Shown here in pieces: positions 58,996 to 64,000 of a stretch of DNA of 64,000 bases. This DNA is from a bacterium (GTDB lineage Bacteria; Bacillota; Clostridia; Oscillospirales; Acutalibacteraceae), in contig JALFLK010000005.1 in NCBI GenBank assembly GCA_022774755.1, positions 11,733-75,732 on the forward strand. Direction: 5' to 3'. The translations under genes were made by a program, and so were the position numbers. The notes under the pieces were generated by a model. The model had not been told where the DNA came from. It made no database searches and saw only the letters and a program-made list of their open reading frames with translations. Position 1 is the first letter of the stretch; each line of letters starts with the position of its first letter.

Positions 58996-59134
58996 CTATG
59001 AAAACGGCAGTTATTTAAGATGCCGTTGCCCTTTTGCACAAATACGCCCTATGTTTTATATTCATTCTGCCCATAGAGTTTTTAATCCCACAATGATAAA
59101 ATATAGCTGATAAATCTATTAAGAGGTGATACAC

Positions 59135-61090
59135 GTGAAAGCTAAAAAAATCCTTTCCGCCGTTTTGGCGGCGGCGATGCTCTGCTCTGCCGCAATTACC
59201 GTAAACGGTGCGGAAATCTCCCAAGATGTTTCTTCGTCCGTTACAAGTGCCGCTGAAACAGGCTTGTACGCTCACGGTGTTTTGGGCAATTCTGCCGAAA
59301 CCGAGGCTTGGCAATGCTGGCAATGGAACGACAGTAAAAACTGTTTTTATTTTTACCTTCCCTCGGGAGCTGACGACCAAAAGGTAGAGCTATACAACAA
59401 CAGCGCAAATCAGGCTGAGTTTGACGGTACGGTTATTGAGCCGTATTCAAGTGCTACCGTAAGTTACAGCACAACCGTCAGCAGTACCGCAAAGCTTAAC
59501 GGAAGCACAAACAAGGTTAAATTTATGAAATCTACCGCCGAGGCGGCAATTTATCTTAACAACCTTAACGCCGACGGAAACGGCACCGGCTTGTGGGAAT
59601 ATTTAAGCAATGACAAGGAAAACTCAGCCTCCGCAACAAGTGCAATTATTGGCAGCGACGGCACTGTGGACAACACAGCCGTTAAAAAAATCAAAGGCAG
59701 AGGAAACTCCACCTGGTACAAGGACAAAAAGCCTTTTAACATTACCTTTGACGCAAGGGTTTCAATAGCAGGTATGGAAAGCGGTAAAAAGTATTCTCTT
59801 CTTGCAAATTATCAGGATTCTTCACTTTCAAGAAACCGTTTCCTGTATGATTTATCCGACAGCGTGGATATGCCCTATGCCTCTGATTCAAGATATGTTG
59901 ATTTTTATGTTGACGGCAAGTATAAAGGCTCTTATCAGGCAGCTCAGAAGATTGACACAGGTAAAGGAAGTCTGCTTTCGGATATTGACGAAGCAGGTTA
60001 TATGAATCCTGACGGAACCTTTGCAGAAAACTTTGCATTTGTATGCGAGGTTGACGCTTCAGCAGGAGACGCCGACTATTATTTCAATTCCGACAGCGGA
60101 AACAAAATAACCCTTAAAACTCCCGAGCTTGATTACGGTGCAGAGTATTACGACCGGGTGCTTGCTTATGCAAAATCAAAGTTTGACCCAATGTTTGACG
60201 CAATCAAAAACAAAGTATCTAATTTAAACGATTATGTTGATGTTGAATCCCTTGCAAAAATTTACCTGATTAACGAATTGGGCAAAAACTGGGATTCGGG
60301 CGTTTCAAGCCTTTACTTCACCTACAAGCAAGACGCCGACGGAAACTGGAAGTTCTTTGCTTCTCCCGTTTGGGATTATGATAACTCCCTGGGCAACGCA
60401 ACAGGCGTTGAGTATGAGCTTTCAAATATGGGTGTGTCCGATTATGAAGAGCCGACCGGCTGGTGGTGCAAATATAAGGGCGGCAATAAAGGGGCAAAAA
60501 CCTCGAGCAACATTATGTTTAACACAGCAAGGAATACAACCGTAATGGAGCTTGTTCCGAGAATTTGGTTTGAGGAGTTCGTTCCTGCTCTTAACGCCTT
60601 TGCAAACAACACCTCAACCGACGAAAACTTCTACTCAAGAGACAAGTATTACAGCCTTATAAGCGGTTCCGCAGAGATGAATTACACCTTAGGCTGGCAG
60701 CTTTACACAAGCAGCTGGATTTGCGACCACTCCTCGCTGAACATTTGCAGATATGATTACAGCACAAAGACATATTCGCAGGATTCAAGCGCAACCCATT
60801 ACGACACAAACACCTTTAAAGGTGAATTTGACTACGCTGCTGACTGGATGATGAGCAGAGCCGCTTGGTTAAGCTCTCAGTTTGCATCAAGTTACACTCC
60901 CTCCTACACTCTCGGAGATGTAAACCTTGACGGAACGGTAAATATCAACGATGTTTCCGTGCTCCAGTCTTATCTTGCAAAATTAACATCTTTGTCAGAC
61001 ACAGCTATGCTCGCCGCTGATGTTGACCAGAACGGCGAAATAAGTATACTTGACGCAACCGCAATTCAAACTGCACTTGCAAAGCTGTAA
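59135..61090 (+). CDS. Secreted CotH-family kinase with C-terminal dockerin
   Basis: Signal peptide; KGRGNSTW, LLANY.D.S..RN, PVWDYD CotH motifs; GDVNLDG/ADVDQNG duplicated dockerin. Confidence 0.88.
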   Translation: MKAKKILSAVLAAAMLCSAAITVNGAEISQDVSSSVTSAAETGLYAHGVLGNSAETEAWQCWQWNDSKNCFYFYLPSGADDQKVELYNNSANQAEFDGTVIEPYSSATVSYSTTVSSTAKLNGSTNKVKFMKSTAEAAIYLNNLNADGNGTGLWEYLSNDKENSASATSAIIGSDGTVDNTAVKKIKGRGNSTWYKDKKPFNITFDARVSIAGMESGKKYSLLANYQDSSLSRNRFLYDLSDSVDMPYASDSRYVDFYVDGKYKGSYQAAQKIDTGKGSLLSDIDEAGYMNPDGTFAENFAFVCEVDASAGDADYYFNSDSGNKITLKTPELDYGAEYYDRVLAYAKSKFDPMFDAIKNKVSNLNDYVDVESLAKIYLINELGKNWDSGVSSLYFTYKQDADGNWKFFASPVWDYDNSLGNATGVEYELSNMGVSDYEEPTGWWCKYKGGNKGAKTSSNIMFNTARNTTVMELVPRIWFEEFVPALNAFANNTSTDENFYSRDKYYSLISGSAEMNYTLGWQLYTSSWICDHSSLNICRYDYSTKTYSQDSSATHYDTNTFKGEFDYAADWMMSRAAWLSSQFASSYTPSYTLGDVNLDGTVNINDVSVLQSYLAKLTSLSDTAMLAADVDQNGEISILDATAIQTALAKL

Positions 61091-61168
61091 TCTTGCAAAA
61101 CTATAATGATATATTGTAAAACTATAGTGATATATTAAAATCAAACGATTTTGCAAAGCTATAAAATT

Positions 61169-61198
61169 ATCCCCATACCCTGCGGTATGGGGATTTTT
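61169..61198. terminator. Bidirectional terminator
   Basis: ATCCCCATAC/GTATGGGGAT stem between convergent genes. Confidence 0.75.
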
Positions 61199-61288
61199 AT
61201 AAGCAAAATTTCGCTTAATAAATTTTGCTTAATTTGTTTTTATGTCCGATTTGCTGTTACGCTTCTACAGGCTTAATTTAATTTTGTA

Positions 61289-62665
61289 TTATTGCAAGGG
61301 GGCAGATTTAACAACGCTTTTGCCTCGCCAGGTTCCACGGAGCCACCGAATCAGCACCACGATGCCCCGCAATATTTCGTCGCAAGCCATTGCTATCCAG
61401 ACGCCAACAAGTCCTAAATCAAAGACAATACCCAGCAAAAATCCCAAGAGCACCGACACGCCCCACATTGAGGCTATGCCCAGAACCGTGGGGAATTTTA
61501 CATCTCCTGCGGCTTTCATACTGTTAATAATTACAAGGTTTGTGCTTCGTCCGAATTCAAGGAATATTGCAATAAACATAACCTGACTGCCCAGGGCAAT
61601 TATATCCACATCAGATGTAAACAGTCGGAATGTAAAGGGACTTACAAAATAATTCAGAGCCGCTATGGCGACGGAAATTACAATGGCGCTCCGCATAGTT
61701 TTAAGCACACGCTTATAGGCAAAATCGTAATCTCCTGCGCCGACGCCGTGACCTACCTGAATTTGCGTTGCCATTGCCATAGAAAGCGCATACATATACG
61801 CAAAATTACATAGAATAGTTGCATATATCCTTGTGTTAATGGCAACGATTCCCATTGTGTTCACAATTATCGAAAGTACTATCTGGGACATATTATAAGA
61901 TATATTTTCCCCTGCAATAGGAAGTCCCAGCCGCAACAGCCTTTTGAGAATATCAAAGGGAAAGGGTCTGAGATAACTCAGCGAAAGCTTGCCGTCGATA
62001 GCAATCCTGAAATATACTATTGCAATAACAAGTACAACCAGTCTGCCGGCAGAGGTGGATATTGCAACGCCTGTTACGCCTAAGTTAAGGAATTTCAGAG
62101 GACCGTACAGGAAGCAGAAGTTTCCTGCGATATTTAAAATATTCATAGCAAATGCAAGGAACATTCCCGCCATTGTTTTGCCGTTGCTTCTGAAAATCTG
62201 GTCAAAGGCGTCGAATACAGCCTGAGTAAATATAAATCCGCCGACAATCTGCATATATATATTTGCGTCGCCCATCATCTCTGCGGGAACATTCATAAAC
62301 ACAAGGAGCTGTCTGCTGAAAAGATAAACTATAAGGCTGATTACCGCACTTAAAAGCAGATTAAACGCAATAGAAACAGTGTATACTTTGCCGATTTCTT
62401 TTTTCTTGCCTGCGCCCAGATACTGAGAAACCACAACGCCTGTGGCTGAACTGATAATAGAGAACGCCAGGGTCAGAAATCCCAGAACCTGGTTTGCGTT
62501 GCCCACTGCGCCTACGGAGGTGTCGGAATAATTTGAAAGCATTATTGTGTCTATGTAGCCGAGGCACATACCCAACAAACACTGAACAAATATAGGCCAT
62601 GCGAGACGTATAACGGATTTTTGCATAACCGAATCGGGCTGATTTTTTTCCTTAATATTTTCCAT
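61289..62665 (-). CDS. MATE family efflux transporter
   Basis: LAWPI, D..ML, VSQYLGA, GD.KFP, WIAMA.DE..RG. Confidence 0.92.
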   Translation of the reverse strand: MENIKEKNQPDSVMQKSVIRLAWPIFVQCLLGMCLGYIDTIMLSNYSDTSVGAVGNANQVLGFLTLAFSIISSATGVVVSQYLGAGKKKEIGKVYTVSIAFNLLLSAVISLIVYLFSRQLLVFMNVPAEMMGDANIYMQIVGGFIFTQAVFDAFDQIFRSNGKTMAGMFLAFAMNILNIAGNFCFLYGPLKFLNLGVTGVAISTSAGRLVVLVIAIVYFRIAIDGKLSLSYLRPFPFDILKRLLRLGLPIAGENISYNMSQIVLSIIVNTMGIVAINTRIYATILCNFAYMYALSMAMATQIQVGHGVGAGDYDFAYKRVLKTMRSAIVISVAIAALNYFVSPFTFRLFTSDVDIIALGSQVMFIAIFLEFGRSTNLVIINSMKAAGDVKFPTVLGIASMWGVSVLLGFLLGIVFDLGLVGVWIAMACDEILRGIVVLIRWLRGTWRGKSVVKSAPLQ

Positions 62666-62874
62666 GTATTGTCTCCTTTTATTTTGATTTGACACAAATG
62701 ATGATTGCGTTTATAATGCATAATATACACTATGCATTTTGATTTTTCAACTGTTAATTTTTTGATTTTCCGCTGATTTTACAAATATTTGACGAATTTT
62801 TCATCATTAAAATTTGTTTAATTACTATAATAAAAATGCTGACTGAATTTTTTGAATTTGGAGGAATAAAAGGT

Positions 62875-63459
62875 ATGAATATTTGCGTTTACGGTTCGTC
62901 AAGCGAACATATTGCAGAAATATACAAAGAAGAAAGCGAAAAATTCGGCGAGGTTATTGCCAAAAAAGGCTGGGGACTTGTTTTCGGCGCAGGAAAATAC
63001 GGTTTAATGGGCGCTGTGTCAAGGGGTGCTTTAAAGGGAAACTGCAAAAATATAATCGGCGTTGTTCCCGACTTTTTCAAGGGCAGAGGCGTGTTAGCGG
63101 AATACTGCACTGAGCTTGTATTTACAGAAACAATGCGCCAGCGCAAGCAGTATATGGAGGACCATTCCCAAGCTTTTGTTATGCTTCCGGGCGGAATCGG
63201 AACCTACGACGAATTTTTCGAGATGATTACCCTTAAACAGCTGGGCAGGCACGAAAAGCCAATTATAATTTACAATATCAACGGGTTTTTTGACCCTATG
63301 TTTGAGATGCTCAATCATGCAATTAAAGAAAAATATATGACAGAGCATGTTCTGAAGCTTTTTACCGTGGTTACTTCCGCAAGCGAGGCTGTATCTGCAA
63401 TAGAAAACTATACCCCCGATATGTACGACAAGTATGATGTTTTTAGTCAAAACCAATAA
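62875..63459 (+). CDS. LOG family (TIGR00730) nucleotide monophosphate nucleosidase
   Basis: ICVYGSS, GLMGAV, M.QRK, LPGGIGTYDE. Confidence 0.9.
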   Translation: MNICVYGSSSEHIAEIYKEESEKFGEVIAKKGWGLVFGAGKYGLMGAVSRGALKGNCKNIIGVVPDFFKGRGVLAEYCTELVFTETMRQRKQYMEDHSQAFVMLPGGIGTYDEFFEMITLKQLGRHEKPIIIYNINGFFDPMFEMLNHAIKEKYMTEHVLKLFTVVTSASEAVSAIENYTPDMYDKYDVFSQNQ

Positions 63460-63473
63460 GGCAGGGTTAGCTT

Positions 63474-63656
63474 ATGAATCGAAAATCAAACTGCGAGTTT
63501 TGCTCTTATTATGCCTACGATGGGATTTTGGATTGCTATTATTGCTCGGTGAATTTGGACGAGGACGAAATGGAGCGATTTCTGCGCCGTTCCACAGAGG
63601 GATGTCCTTATTTTAACCTTTATGACGAGTACAAAATCGTGCGGAAGCAAAACTGA
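63474..63656 (+). CDS. Small Cys-rich protein (DUF6472-like)
   Basis: CEFC..Y.YD.....YYC..NLDEDE..RF.....CPYF...DEY..VRKQ. Confidence 0.7.
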   Translation: MNRKSNCEFCSYYAYDGILDCYYCSVNLDEDEMERFLRRSTEGCPYFNLYDEYKIVRKQN

Positions 63657-63737
63657 TTTTTCTATATTTTTTAGATTTATAACTATAAAGCCGGAATAAG
63701 CTTACTGCCGGCAATTTACTTTTAGACAGGAAAATTT

Positions 63738-64000
63738 ATGAAAAGAACTCTGTATATTTCCGATTTGGACGGAACCTTGCTTAACAGTCAGGTAGAAATT
63801 TCATCCTACAGCGCAGATGTTATAAACCGCCTTGTCAGAGAACAAGGGCTTATTTTTTCTTACGCTACGGCAAGGTCGCCGGTTACTGCGTTTCCGGTAA
63901 CAAAAAATCTTTCAACAAATATTCCCGCCGTTGTTTATAACGGCGCTTTTATTGTGCAGAACAACAAATACATAACCGAAAACTACTTTGACCCTTCCGA
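63738..64000 (+). CDS. Cof-like HAD hydrolase (truncated by window end)
   Basis: MKRTLYISDLDGTLL...ATARS...YNGA. Confidence 0.85.
   Translation, partial: MKRTLYISDLDGTLLNSQVEISSYSADVINRLVREQGLIFSYATARSPVTAFPVTKNLSTNIPAVVYNGAFIVQNNKYITENYFDPS

Overview
A 64-kb, mostly core-chromosome segment from an anaerobic Firmicute. Gene content (cohesin and dockerin modules, malQ-glgP, glnS+gltX) suggests a Ruminococcus bromii-like Oscillospiraceae/Acutalibacteraceae; this is inference. It carries a complete arginine operon (argG-argH-argC-argJ-argB-GNAT-argD-argF) with an ARG box, maltodextrin genes, a T-box-controlled ilvB, a YabE-like G5/3D protein, glnS/gltX, secA, an FHA-RodA fusion with a class B PBP, transketolase, coaX-panT-birA, and several transporters. 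No rRNA, tRNA, transposase, integrase, cas gene or convincing CRISPR array was seen. Most notable: (1) a highly conserved but uncharacterised IscU-like + GGGtGRT two-gene operon; (2) a family of ~118-bp MITE-like elements with YTAR target duplications, four copies, all just upstream of start codons; (3) a flavin reductase-rubredoxin-rubrerythrin fusion that retains an internal RBS; (4) an AT-rich island bounded by direct repeats, encoding membrane zinc-ribbon proteins with in-frame stops; (5) non-cellulosomal cohesin/dockerin parts (membrane cohesin, dockerin-GH25, CotH-dockerin); (6) several intergenic tandem duplications of gene ends or RBS segments. All alignments and counts were done by eye.
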